A DNA stretch of 64,000 bases, from positions 10,012,618 through 10,076,617 of the forward strand of contig JBNZDD010013726.1 of the NCBI GenBank assembly GCA_050575255.1, given 5' to 3'. Below, in pieces: positions 12,940 through 25,620 of this stretch. Made by a program: the position numbers and the translations under genes. Numbering within the stretch: position 1 is the stretch's first letter; every line of letters begins with the position of its first letter. The notes under the pieces were generated by a model. That model worked only from the letters and a program-made list of their open reading frames with translations, ran no database searches and was not told the origin of the DNA. The stretch comes from Harriotta raleighana (taxonomy: Eukaryota).

Positions 12940-13330
12940 GGGCAGATACTGCATGTGTAACGATTTGATCCAAAGTAAAACCTCTGTAAGTTTGTTCCAG
13001 CATGCTTTAATCCGAAGATCAGAAAGCGCCCCTTCTTGCATCAATGGGGTCGTTCCATTTTCTTGCGCTTGCCTCTCAGGTGAGGTGCGATTGCAAATCG
13101 TGTTCCATTTGCCTCACAAGCTATCCTCGGGGCCTCCCCGAGTGAGATCATAGACTGAGCTCTTTTAGACGTTCTTTCTCCATGTTTCTTTGCGAGGCGA
13201 ACTTGTGCTCATTTTGTTTCCCGCGGTTGTAACCAGCTGTTAATGGGTTCGCCGTTGATTGGTAGGGTTGTTGCTGTTATGGGATGCTGAGCAGGAGTGT
13301 AACTGGCTTGGGGCAAGCGTACCAATGCTT
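12940..13330 (-). mobile_element. Decayed CR1-like LINE ORF2 C-terminus
   Basis: Minus strand MEKERLKELSL*S..RPRG*LV and WNKLTEV match [23 protein letters not shown] and WNKLPEEV. Confidence 0.6.
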
Positions 13331-13364
13331 CGTGGAGGAGTGGAATTTAAGTTTTATAATAATA

Positions 13365-13465
13365 ATTAATAAATANATAAATAAATAAATAAATAAATAA
13401 AACCTTGAATTTCTTGTAGCATTTTTCACATCTTCTAGACGTTTTAAAAGCGCTTTATCCACTGA
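13365..13465 (-). mobile_element. SINE tail with (TAAA)n expansion
   Basis: (aaat)n run, then ccttgaattt...gcatttttcacatcttctagacgttttaaaagcgcttta. Confidence 0.6.
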
Positions 13466-15577
13466 GCTGTAGGCCTCCACAAGCTTGCACTAGTTAGTTA
13501 ACTTTGCGGTTAAAAGTAGTGTAGGTTGTGAAATTGCTCCAGTTTGTGTGTGACCTTCAGTACTCACAAAAACATAAGTGCAATGCTGATGTGACTCAGC
13601 CAGTTTTGCCACAACAATGAACAGTTCTTGAGTATCAAACTGATTGTTGAATACAAATCTGAGTAGTTATAAACATTCTCTTCGCTAACCTTCACTTTAA
13701 ATTATATTTATAAATCACAGGGCTAAAATTTAATCTAATTTCTTACTGTTTGAAAAAAAATCTCTCTTTCGTAGTTTAAACCATGAAATCAGCCGTTTAC
13801 AGTGGGAATTCATGCTCCACATATGTTTTCATTTACTGTTATCTTTTTTTTCCGTAGACATCTGGGATTAAATAGGAGCTGGCATGGATTCTAGAAATCC
13901 TTTCTACATCTGTGAGAAATGGCATTAGTGAATTTATTTATTTTAACCACAGAGTTTAATATCTTAAAGCACTTTTTTGTATTTAAACTTAAAGACCCTT
14001 TTTGACAAGCAAATGATCAAAAAATGAACAAAAATGTAATAACTATCATTTAAAGTAGCAGTGTCTTTTTCCCAGTTCTTTCACAGATATACTGAAATCT
14101 ACAAAAACAGAAAACAGTATTATCCTCCCTTTTTATAATTATTTTTTAAAAAGTATTGCATTAGCAGTAATCTGCTTACTGATATTTCTATTTCCAAGTG
14201 TTTTTTTTGCAGAAGAAGAGACTGGCTATTTTAAATTTCCTAAACCGTCTTTAAAGAGACTTAATACAATGCTTTGGTCTTCACTGGTACAGTGACCATT
14301 CAGATGTCTCTATTCTATGTTTCCAGCCTGTGTCCTTCTTTAGGAGTTTAAAAAAAATAATGAATCCAGTTTTTAGATATCATTACAGACAAATAACACT
14401 AAGCCCATTTTTCCAGTTTAATAAAGACACAACTTTTAATATGAGTGATATTAGTTATAATTTTCCATCACTGATGGAATATGAGTTTGACCATCAGATG
14501 AAGAAAGGAACATTACAGTAAAGAGCTGTAAAATATTTTAAATCCATATCTACGACTAGGCAAGAAAATTAAATGTGAGACAGTGACTAGTATGGGCAGA
14601 TGACTGCACTGTTTTAACTGTAATAGAAATCAAAACCATGATATTTGTGATGTCAGCTCTTTTTCATGTGAAATTGTAAAATTTCTAAACTATATAAGAA
14701 ATTAAGGAATGAAATTATAAAATACATAAAACTCGAGTAACAGGTATACATAAAACCCAGCTATTTTATGTGCAATCATAAAATGGAATTATAGAATGCA
14801 TAAAACTAAATTTACATGAATGTATAAAACTATAATCAAAGCTGGTGAAATTTTGCCAGCGCTCCTTGCTTTAATGTTAATACAAAAGTAGTGACAGTGT
14901 ATGGATGTGAGGAGCTAGATGTAAAAGAGCCTAGTCGTCTTGCTATTTGCATTCATGCTTGTTCAGTAAGCGGAGCGCAATTTCCCAAATGATAATCATA
15001 AGTATTTTAATAGTTTTCCCACATTTCAATGTTGGCTTCTTATCTGCAAAGTCAGCATTTTGTCCAAGTATTTCTGACAAGGCTAACACCCACAGTCATT
15101 TCCTGTTATGCCTCATACTGACCATGGTGGGCTGCTGTATATTTTCCAACGCCCACTGTTCTGTCTCTAGAAGGAGATCATGTCATTAGACAAAGACAAT
15201 GAATCATTATGATTGCTCTAATATGTAGCCTTAAAGAGACAGTGTCCCTTTTGCTGACCTATATTTTATTATTTGAAGCAGAATCTTAATACAGTCTTTT
15301 GCAAACTAATACACTTAAGTTACCGATTGATAAGAAAACAATGCGTCTTGCGTGAATAGAGATGGTTAGACCCAGCAGATTCACTGAAGTTGACTGCTTG
15401 AAACTGAGTGCTTCATTTTGTTTGCAGTTAAAAGTCCACAGTTGTATTGTGAATCCCCTTCTCCATTAGTATTCACCAACTTCCTGAATAAGAAAATAAG
15501 ACACAAGGTTTAGGGAAATAGTTAATTCTACCAATAAAATTGTAGTAAACTTTCTCTATAAGACACACACACTGATA

Positions 15578-15680
15578 TAATAATTATCCTTGCATTCGAT
15601 GTAGTGCCATATCATGTTGTTGAGGTACCTCAAAGCACTTCACAGAAAACACTGTAAAGTGAATGGACTGTATATTTTCT
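15578..15680 (-). mobile_element. SINE 3' tail
   Basis: ataattatccttgcattcgatgtagtgcc...ctcaaagcacttcacagaaaacactgtaaagtgaatggactgtatatttt. Confidence 0.75.
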
Positions 15681-15789
15681 AAGCAATACACAAAATATGA
15701 AAGCATTTGGCAGGTAGATTGTTAAAACACTACGGAAGTAGACTTTAGTGCAAGTTACTTATAAGAGGCCCAATTTTCAAAAGAGTTAT

Positions 15790-16060
15790 GATTCTATCAG
15801 TACAATTGGTGCCTTCAACATTATCCACCACTCTTCCAGGGCAGAAGTTTTGTAACCCTACACATTATTCTCAATGAGACTTGTGTAATTTTTCCACCAG
15901 TTACAGAAAAAGTCAGTCTTTCAACTGGAGACCCATTCTCCACAAACCTAACACAACTCCTCCTCTGTGTGCTATTTACAGCAGATAAATATCCCGCAAA
16001 TGACAGACTTCCGTGAAAATGGTTTACATCTGTTTTCACTTCCTCTAAATCATCCTCAAG
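15790..16060 (-). mobile_element. Decayed CR1 3' region
   Basis: Minus strand gatgatttagaggaagtg (GDLIEV-like) ... cttctgccctggaagagtggtggat (N.LP.RVVD-like). Confidence 0.35.
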
Positions 16061-16389
16061 AAGTATTTAATGGACGATAATTGAGAGAGCATTATTTTCC
16101 TGGAAAAATCGCTGCGGCGTAGTTATATTAGCAGGAGCCCATCAAAAAAAAAAGGAAGAGGGACAGAGATTAGCAAGAGTTCAAATGGGAGCATTCCTGG
16201 ATCACGTTCTGGGTTTATGATAATCTACATCTAAAATATAGGGAGATCAAAGCATAACAAGTTACCTCCAATTGTGCTTTTCACTGTACTGACTGTTGCC
16301 ATCCCCATTCATTCCACTGGTCCAGTTGAAACAGGCAAGGCAGTATTAGTAAGGTGTTCTTGCTAATGTGACTTAGGCAATAGTGATCT

Positions 16390-16600
16390 TAACGATTAAC
16401 AGATAAGACATGCAGAATACGCCTGTTCTGATGGATGCTGAATATCGCATGCACTAATTGAATGGAGAAGGGACTTTCTCTTTGTATCATGGTTAATAAT
16501 CCCACACATAAAATTGCTCGTTTTACTCCTTGGCTCTATGTGGGACATTGCTGTTCACAAATTGGCTGCTGTATTTGCCTACACTTTATAGTAAATATTA
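16390..16600 (+). mobile_element. Decayed Deu-type SINE
   Basis: gcctgttctgatggatg...gcactaattgaatggagaagggactttctc...tgtgggacattgctgttcacaaattggctgctgtatttgcctaca. Confidence 0.55.
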
Positions 16601-18719
16601 TGCTTGCATTTGCATTGACATTACGACTGTCGATAAATTTTCAGTTGACAGAAAGTACCTAAACCTGTTCCATGTGCTCAGTGCCATCTCCACTAATCTT
16701 TCCTGACGTCAAGGGCAACTGAGGAAATGTATTTATTTACAAAGCGATTTCCTTAAGTTTTCCAGTTTTGTGGATAATACACCTCTCAGCCTCACTTCAG
16801 ACAGGAAACAAATGAACGACATTAGCCAACACTATGTGGATTTCCTTATTTTTCTGAAACTGAATCGAAAGAATTGAGAAATGGTGAGACGTGTAACTAT
16901 TAATAACCTGAGTTTACGGAAAAAGATCAGTGAGGGAGGTATGGAACAACATATTCCGTGTAAAAATCATCTCAGCTGTGGGAAGCTGAGCAAAAAAATC
17001 TAATCGCTCAATTAGTAGGTTGTGTAAGGCCTCAGTAATTGTCCTTGGCACCAAGGTGTCTGAGAGCTACAGACTGCTTTACCCCTGACACTCTTCTTCC
17101 TCTTCCCCCTTCTCCTGCTAACCATCACCATGGCAATAAGACGAATGAAGAACTAACTGCTGCATTTAGCTTAATGATAACTTAAGAACCAATTCAAGTA
17201 AAGCTCAGGCAGCCCAATGCTTTTGCTACCTGGAATTCGCTTTGTTTTCAAGTCACGATATATGACTTTTTATTTTTTTCTTGTTTTGGAGCTTCCCCCA
17301 ATCTTTGAGTAGAATTCAAACAGGCCAAAAATGCTAAACCCACGTGGTTGGCTGGCTTTTTTTTTTGGTGGGCTGGTTGTCCTTGCCTGGTTTAAGTACG
17401 GTAGCCAATGGACATCCCATCTTGCTTTGGTGAAGATAAATACATTGCCAGAGTCAATTAATCGGGTGTTTTTGTTTAGCATTAAATGGGTGGCGGGGAA
17501 AAAAACAAACAGATTTAATGCAGTTGACTTTCTCTAGTGTACTGACTAACAATGCTTCATAAATGTTTCATTCACTTCATTGCTTCTTGGACCTCACTGT
17601 GAGCAGAATGGCAGCCACATTCGCCTATAAATACATAATCACTCTATTTGATGGTAATTACAATTTTAATGGATAGACCCTATATCAATATAAAATAAAG
17701 GGTACTTTTTTTTCCAGTGAATTACATATTCTCTCTTGCTAGTGTATACTCACACGTATACAGACAGCCTTAATGAGTAACATTTTCCACTGAATGACAG
17801 CAAAAAGTGCTTGAGATGTCCATTCATTATTAATCTGGGCAGATAAGAAAATAAATCAATTTGTTGGTTTAAAATCTGAGCCATCCTAATTTAACGAGAA
17901 GATTGTAACCTCTTGCCCCTCTCTCATTGACTGACCATTGCCCTGGACTATTTAATTTCATTATCATGTGTGTTGGAAGCAGATGGATAAAACAAAAGTA
18001 ATTTACTGAGACCACGAAAAATAGGCTCTCAATGAGTGGACGCAGGACAACTGCCAAGCAATTTTACAATGTGCATTATTACGTCCTCGTTAGCAGTGGG
18101 TCTGACAGCTGGGAAAAGTCGTTTTACTCCAAAAAGTACTTATACTTCATGCTCAGTATGATCTTCAGTTATCATTACACATGGCTCCAATGTACATTCT
18201 GCATTCCAGGTCTCAAACAATCACATTTCCTTATACTTTTGCTAAGTGACAGCAAGCGAACATTTTTCAAAGAATTTCCGAAGAAAATAAAATCCACTTT
18301 AGGGACATTAGATAAGGTATCTTCCCAAAAGCAGACAGCAGCAAAACAGAAAAACGCAAATTAAATCCATCTGCATTCCAAAGCCTTCTCTGCACATACC
18401 AGGGGATGTTAGATGGACATTTATCAAGTATACAGTCCCGACATTTTAATACTGCATCAAAATTATTGCAGGAATTGTAAAACAAAACCTTGTGGAACTA
18501 TATACAGTAGATTGTTTGACTGATTATCATTTGGAACCCTTAATTAATTACTATTTCTACGCACAGATAATATGATGTGTGAACCACTGTTCTGCTCTGT
18601 TTTAAGCATTCTTTCTTTTAATATTCAATTTATTTATTTTTTCACCAGAAAAGGCATATCTTGTCTTTTTTAGGTGACGTTCCAATCGCACAGTGTAAAG
18701 TCAAGACACCTACAGTGTC

Positions 18720-19060
18720 AAAGGATCTTTAACAAAATAGCATGCGAGAGATTCCTTTTCAAATTGATGTCACTGAGTATCGAGAATAAAGCTTGGAGGT
18801 GGATTAATGATTAGCTAATAGGAAGTAAGTAGAAGGTAGTCAATAGGGGAATTAAATGGAAATAACAGAGCTCTAGTGGTATGCCTCAGGGGTTTGACTG
18901 AGATACCTCCTTTCTTAGTATACACAAATGCTCTGGATTCACAGACTCTTGGGTAAATATGTACATGACACCAAGCTCTGGAATTAGAGGAGGCAGCCAG
19001 GTTCTTACAAAGTGAGTTTGAAAGGATATAAAGTTGACGCCAGTGCAATCCATGACCTAG
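18720..19060 (+). mobile_element. CR1 reverse transcriptase remnant
   Basis: RIFNKIACERFLFKLMSLSIENKAWRWIND*LIGSK*KVVNRG...SSGMPQG...FLVYTNALD...HDTKL corresponds to AFDKVPH.RLL.KL...W.WI..WL.GRKQRV...SGVPQG...F.IYINDLD...ADDTKL. Confidence 0.8.
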
Positions 19061-19689
19061 GATGGGAAATTTCCAAAGGGATAGTAAAATTAGACGTGGA
19101 TGTTGGCTGACTTGTCACTGAGCATGTTCAAAGTGTGTGTGGCAACTGTGCTGCTGAGCAGTAATACCACACTCAGTTGAGTTCAGAAGTTATGATCAAG
19201 CGCAGACATTTCTTTAATCACAGCAGTCCAAGAGCTCTTCACCAGAATTCAGCAAGCATTTGCTATTTTTAAAAAAAATAATAAGTTAAGTCGATAATTA
19301 AATGTAGACGGTGCAATTTTGTGTAAATCTTCGGAGTCATTTCTAATGAGAAGAAATGAGAGATCAGATAATTATTTATTAACTAATTTACTTCTTTGGT
19401 GATACGCCATTTGACGCCATGACAACTGAATGACATTCACTGTGAGAGATGCCCTTTGACATCCTGACAGTGGCATGTTTGCTGCCAAGAAGTGGCAGTA
19501 AAGGTCAGAGTTTGCATGATTAAGTTCTCTGAGGAAATCAAATGGAATCACTTTCAAAATAGTTGAATAATTTCAAGTTCATATATGGATTGATTCAAAC
19601 ACGGAACAAAAGATTAGAACAATTTGTATGCAGACAACAATAGCATAAAGTATTTGCTGCAGTTGGTGAGTTAGCTTAAAATAATAAAA

Positions 19690-19850
19690 TCAGTCATTTA
19701 CTTCACAACTGTTTGTGGGACGTAGCTGTGAGCAAATTGGCTTCCGTGTTCTCCTACAAATACATATTCACTGTGCTTTACAGAAAAACTTGTGAAGCTT
19801 TTTGAGGCATCCTCCCGAGCTATATTAATTGCAAGGAATATGAATGATTA
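19690..19850 (+). mobile_element. SINE 3' tail
   Basis: ctgtttgtgggacgtagctgtgagcaaattggct...tgtgaagctttttgaggcatcc...gcaagga. Confidence 0.65.
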
Positions 19851-21304
19851 TTTATCAACCTTTTTTTTAGACCGAAATGAATTGTAAGTTACAATCCCTT
19901 GAATGAATGTAACATTTATTTCAGGTTTAAAACTAATCTAACACACTTGATGCAACAAGGTTTCTTCTAATTCTCCTTGACGATATCTTCACTGCAGTAT
20001 TCATATTCCACACAAAATTCTTGCAGGGAATGGAAATATTTCTGCAGTGGAAAATGGAAAATAAATGAAATACTCAATAGGTTAATATTCAATTACATAT
20101 ATAGTCAATGAAAAATCACATAGTTTGACCTGTTATTATGCATACACAGTCTTTGGAAAGATGTGAAATTACTTCATTTGCAATCCCGATCCCACTTGGC
20201 TTTTATTTTTAAGTGTATATATCCCAAATCCCAGTGATTGAATCAATTATGTGGCCAAAAAGCAAAAGATGGTTGAAAATTGAAGTGTGTGTATATTATT
20301 ATTCAGCTATAGAATTGCGTATGATTGTGATTTAGCATCTTAAATATTACAGTATCTTTGTACTCTTCTAAATATTTATGTTTTTTTGTCAAACTATAAT
20401 GCTTATTTTTTCCCCCGATTCCAACGCAGACATGCAAATTGTTTTAGGAAAATAGAACCAGCAAACACTTCTTCACTCTTCACTCATGTGTCCGTATTTT
20501 TGAAATGTTTGTGCGTTCTTTGCCTGGAAATGCCTGAAATAATTTTCCCTGAAGGACTGGAGCTGTTTTCAAGCTGTGTTTGCACCACAGTCGATTACAC
20601 TCTGCAACTTAGCAATTTGCATGGAAATGGCTTTAGCCTGCTTAACTTACTGTTGTACCCACAGAATAAAAAGAAAACTACATCAAAATCAGGAATTTAA
20701 AACATTAACATGCAGAGGTACGTCACCCAGAAACTAGATGCTCACCTTTCTTTATTCTTTAGGGCGGAGCGAGATTCAAAATCATTCCTGATATTCACTT
20801 TTGGTACAAAACGCTGACCTATATCAGATCAAATGCATCAATATGTTGTGAACTTCTGTTTGTCTAAATAGACACAATCCCTTAACACAATGAAAGTGAC
20901 TTTGTACACTCGTGTGACTTGTGAACCAGTGGACACTTTGAGTTCATCAACAAGTTTGATTTAAAGACGTGGATTTATAGAACACTAGAGAACTTCTCCG
21001 AAGCCTCTGTTAGCTGTGACATTTTGACGGGAAAAATATGAAAATAAGGAAGTCAGTGAAATGAAGATTAAGATAATGAAAGATGAGTTTACTCTTTATT
21101 TTGGGGTATTGAAAGTGTAATTCTTTCTAATTGCGATTCTTTCTAATCGTGTCAATAACAGTATTAACTGTATTTCAAGGCTGCGTCACTAAAGTACACC
21201 TGATCAGTTAGAAAATTGGCTGAGAATCTGCTAGTTCTCAAGGTTGTTTCTGTAATATGAAAGAAATGCAGCCATTTTTATTGACTTCCACATTTGTTCC
21301 GTTA

Positions 21305-21722
21305 TAATAAGGCTTTCATTTGATATAATGCCTTTTCACATTGAAATGTCTCAAAGCAATTAACAGGTTCTGCAGAATGAAGTGACTGTGTATTTGCAAG
21401 TGAACACAAATGCCAACTTTCACAACACAATAGGAACATAAGAACAGGAGAGGGCCATTCAGCCTTTCAAGCCTGTTCCACCATTTAATTAGATCATGGC
21501 TGATTTGTACCTTAACTAATCCTTTCATTTAAAATTTCACACTTTCTCCCCATATCACCTAATGCAGTGACTTACGAAAAAACAAAAAAATGTGCACAAA
21601 CAGCCAAGAACTGAATGATCATTTTATATTGAGGATTGTTGGCCAGGGCACCAGGAGAAGTAAGATGGAATATACAACCTTCTGACTCAAGTGAGAGTGC
21701 TATCACCTAAGTCAGGCTGACA
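21305..21722 (-). mobile_element. Deu-type SINE interrupted by a CR1 3' fragment
   Basis: Tail at 21305-21420; core ttggccagggcaccaggagaa and head acaaccttctgactcaagtgagagtgcta...aggctgac at 21590-21722. Confidence 0.65.
21429..21566 (-). mobile_element. CR1 3' terminal fragment
   Basis: ataggaacataagaacaggagagggccattcagcctttcaagcctgttccaccatttaattagatcatggctgat...ccccatatc; reverse of the CR1 3' UTRs at 42740 and 49940. Confidence 0.8.
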
Positions 21723-22197
21723 GTTTGGACTGATTTATCTTAAAACTGGTAGCCTCCCCACCACCACCTTCCATCACTTCCTTCTTAATACTTCCTCTGT
21801 CACATCTATCAAATGCTGAGAAATTAGCCAATCAAGTAGGGTCGATTGGAATGAAGTCAAGTCTAGACATTGTCAACGCTGCCTCAAAGTGGCAATGTAA
21901 CAAAGTAGATTTCGATCCATTAATGTTTACCGAATCATGGTGTTTATCAATGCCTTTGATTCAAAAATAATGTGTTATGTTAAATAAAAGTGTCATGAAA
22001 GGTCGAGTGGCTTTTCGGACTTGTCCTGAACTTGTTGAGCCATTCTGGGGAAGCGAGATGCTTTCCCAAAGATTGGAAAAGCAAATCAGCAGATGAGTTA
22101 CACTGACAGTGAAACGGCATTGGAATAGGCCTGGGAACAAACCTCCTGTTTTCCCTCTCCGTTGTAGAATCATGTGTGACACGAGTATGACATGAGG

Positions 22198-22199
<2 letters not shown>

Positions 22200-22229
<30 letters not shown>
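22200..22229. repeat. (GA)n microsatellite
   Basis: About 15 GA units seen directly. Confidence 0.95.
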
Positions 22230-22232
<3 letters not shown>

Positions 22233-23399
22233 GGGGAGGAGACAGAAATGTCAGGGAGCAGGATCCAAAAGCAAATGATTTGTTAAAATCAGATTAATTT
22301 CAAGTTGTGACACATCAAGCGCAATCCTATCATTGGTTCCCATCTTTGGTTACAAAGTCAGCCCTAAAAATGGACACAGTTTTAATCCTCATTAACATGT
22401 AAGCCAATGATTAATATTTGCTTTGGCTTAAATTTATTTGACAGTTCCTGGAAGAATCATTTTGTGCTCTTCTTGAGCAATGACAATCTGTAAAACTCTA
22501 CAGCCATCGAGTATTCTCAATATCTGTGAATCCAGCAGCGCTGTTTACTTTTTCATTCTTGCCATCTGGGTCTAACAGGAATCTGTCTTTTGAAAGTACT
22601 ATATATTGTTCTAAATGTTTAATGTATGCCAAACATAGTCCTTAGGGTAAACCATTTTATTTTTACCCAGTAACTCCTTCTGACTGCATCAGATATATGT
22701 CTGAAGGAACAGAATTGAGGGTATTTCTGGTTGGTCTAATTTTACTTGTCTAGATTAGAAGTATTTTGAAAAGAAAATTAACTCTCAATAACACAACATC
22801 ATTGATGCAGCAGTTTTGCGGTAGTTCTCTCTGACTCCATCGCAAAACTCAAAGTCAAAGAGAGTTGCAATGCTCTGAACTTTTCTTTTTGACATTTTGC
22901 TTATCGCTCGAAGAGTGTCACGCGCTTTAAAAGCAGATCATTGTCCATANCGCAAAACTCAAAGTCAAAGAGAGTTGCAATGCTCTGAACTTTTCTTTTT
23001 AACATTTTGCTTATCACTCGAAGAGTGTCACGCGCTTTAAAAGCAGATCATTGTCCATACAGGCCTCAGTATGTCTCAGGTACCAAGCATCTAAACCTGT
23101 TGTATGTAGTCTAGAAGAACCAATCGCTGAATAACTGGAACAGGACTCCACAGAGCGATCTTGTATTGTGTGCAAATTAGCTAAATGAAGGGTTAATAGT
23201 TCATTTCAAAGCAAACATAATTGACTTGTCTGAAAACATCTGAGATGAAACAAAATACATTCAAATTGGTGCACCAGAATGTTATACAAAACATAAAATT
23301 AGGGTTTCATTTATATTTTGCTAATNCAGAATGTTATACAAAACATAAAATTAGGATTTCATTTATATTTTGCTAATAAGGAATCATTGTTTCATGAAT

Positions 23400-23930
23400 A
23401 AGTTCTGGTCCCCACATTATAGAAAGGATATAGAGACAAGGTTCAAAGGAGATTCCCAAGAATGATTTCAGACCTGAGAGGTTATATATATATATGTCAG
23501 GAAAGACTGAACAAGCTTGGATACTTCTCTCTTGAAAAGATGGGGGAGAAATGGGCGACTTGATAGAGGTCTTTAAAATTATAAAAGGTTTTGATATGGT
23601 AGATATAGGGAAGATCGAATGTTTCCATTTGTGGGGGAGACCAAAATCAGGGGCCATCGATATAAAATAGTCACAAATACACCACATAGGGAAGTTAGAA
23701 TAAATTTATTTATGCAGAGAGTAGTGGGAATGTGGAACTGGCTACCACAGGGAGTTGTTGAAGCAAATACCATAAATGTACTTGATGGGAAGCTATATAG
23801 GTACATGAGGGAAAAAATGAAAAGAAGATTATGCTTGAAGGCTTCATTGAGGAAGGGCAGGGGGAGGCTCATGCGGAGTGTGAATGCCAGCATAGGCCGA
23901 ATGGCCTGTTTCTGTGCTGCATCTTCTAAT
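23400..23930 (+). mobile_element. CR1 LINE 3' fragment (ORF2 C-terminus and 3' UTR)
   Basis: FSLEK..GDLIEVFKIIKGFD.VD..MFPFVGETKIRGHRYKI...RVVGMWNWLPQGVVEANTI...KLYRYM, then gccagcataggccgaatggcctgtttctgtgctg. Confidence 0.9.
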
Positions 23931-25149
23931 GTCTCTGTCCAGCAGCCAAAAATATACGTTGCTGACGTCTGAGAAACTCCACTGCACTGAGATGACCACG
24001 TTGCTCACTGTTCTCTGTACTGCTTATTCTGTTTGACAGTGGCATAATCCATTGTTTGGCATTTATCGAGAGCGTCGGAAGCACAGTAAATGGGATCCTG
24101 GGTCACTGTAGACTATTATAGTGAAGCTCATCAAGTCTATAATAAATACTGGCAACGTGTCCTGCCGATCATCTACAAATTACTTTCTTGATAAACTTTA
24201 ACCGATGCCATCATGAGGAGAGATCCTTCAGCATTAACATCATCATGCATCAACTCTATGGAGTGCATTGGCAGGCAGCATCCACATTTAATAAACCATC
24301 TCGTTAAAGGAACAGTGTGCAGTATAAATTACAAATATTCTACAGAGTCATTTCGAGGCTGTGATTTGAGAGGAAGGTGGGTGTGGGGTGTTGAGGGGAG
24401 TTGAGGGAGGGAGGGAGGGAGGGAGGGAGGTTGTGATCTGCCATCTTGTGCACCTTCGCCCATTTATCTCCATTCATTCCCAGAGTACGAAAAACATCCC
24501 ATCCACTAGCAGCAGGGATCGCTCTGTCGTCATGGCACAGTTTAGTGTAAACCACTTGGTAAACAATTAGCTGGTAAAACATTTAGCTTTAAGCAGTGGC
24601 TGGTAGGCGAATTCTGTAGACTGTAGTGCATTGTGGGCTAACGCTGGCATAACAGCTATTTCCCCACTGAGCCCAGAAGAAAAAAAACCCAATTGAACCA
24701 CTAACTGCCTGACTAGGCAATGTAATCTGAGCTTCAGCTGAGCGAGAGTACAAGAAAAAAAGACAGAGAAACCTAAAGCGAAATGGAGAAAGGTTCAGAA
24801 CGTTGTTAGACCACATAGGAAGCAAGGGCACTGCTGTGAGGAATATATGTCAGGGATGAATAGAAAGCAAGTTTACATCAAAGAAATCAGGGACTTCGCC
24901 TGATATATTTAACCCTTTCCAACTGGGAGACGACATTTCTTACTCTTCTGGCTTGTGGTGTGCTTGTTGTGTCCTTTGTGGGGGAAAAAAAAGGCTTCAG
25001 ATCCCAGTCGCTTGCTGAGTCAGACTAGCAAAGACTGTGCAGGTTAAACTTCATTTTAAAATAAAATAAAAATTGTTGGAAGTGGAGAAGATAGCATTAT
25101 GGTGGCAGGCTGAATCGTGGGGGTTGGCTATGCTATTAGAGGTCGGGTT

Positions 25150-25620
25150 AATGGTGGTGCTGAATTGCACTAAGGAATTTTATAGAGCTATCTGAAAATT
25201 GAAGCTGACTCTATAACAGACGAGAGAAAGACATTAAAAAATGGAAGGTAAAGTTCAATGAAAACTGAGAGCAAAGGAATACCTGAAAGAAAATTGGAGT
25301 TAAAGGTTAAAAAAGGACTGTTGTGTTGAGAAATATGTAGTGGGATCTGAGTACTGAGGGACATCTTGAAAAGTAACTGAGCTATTTATTTTATTTTAAC
25401 TGTGACCCTTAAATAAATGTAATGCAAAAAGCAAACCCAAAATAAATCCCCTGTATTAGCAAAAAAGTTCAGTGACTATAACTATACTGACTATAACTAT
25501 TTATAGAAAGCTGAACTNCATGATTGCAAGGTAAATGCATAGCCTCTACTAAAAGAGGAAACTAAGTGTTTAATAAAATTTTAAATGAATACTGGAGGTG
25601 AAAAATATCTGCAAACTGTT
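25150..25620 (+). mobile_element. Decayed CR1 ORF2 (post-RT) remnant
   Basis: KKWKVKFNEN (WQMKFNxxKC), gggatctgagtac (KDLGV-like), aaagcaaacc...tgtattagcaaa (KAN.ILGCI). Confidence 0.45.
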
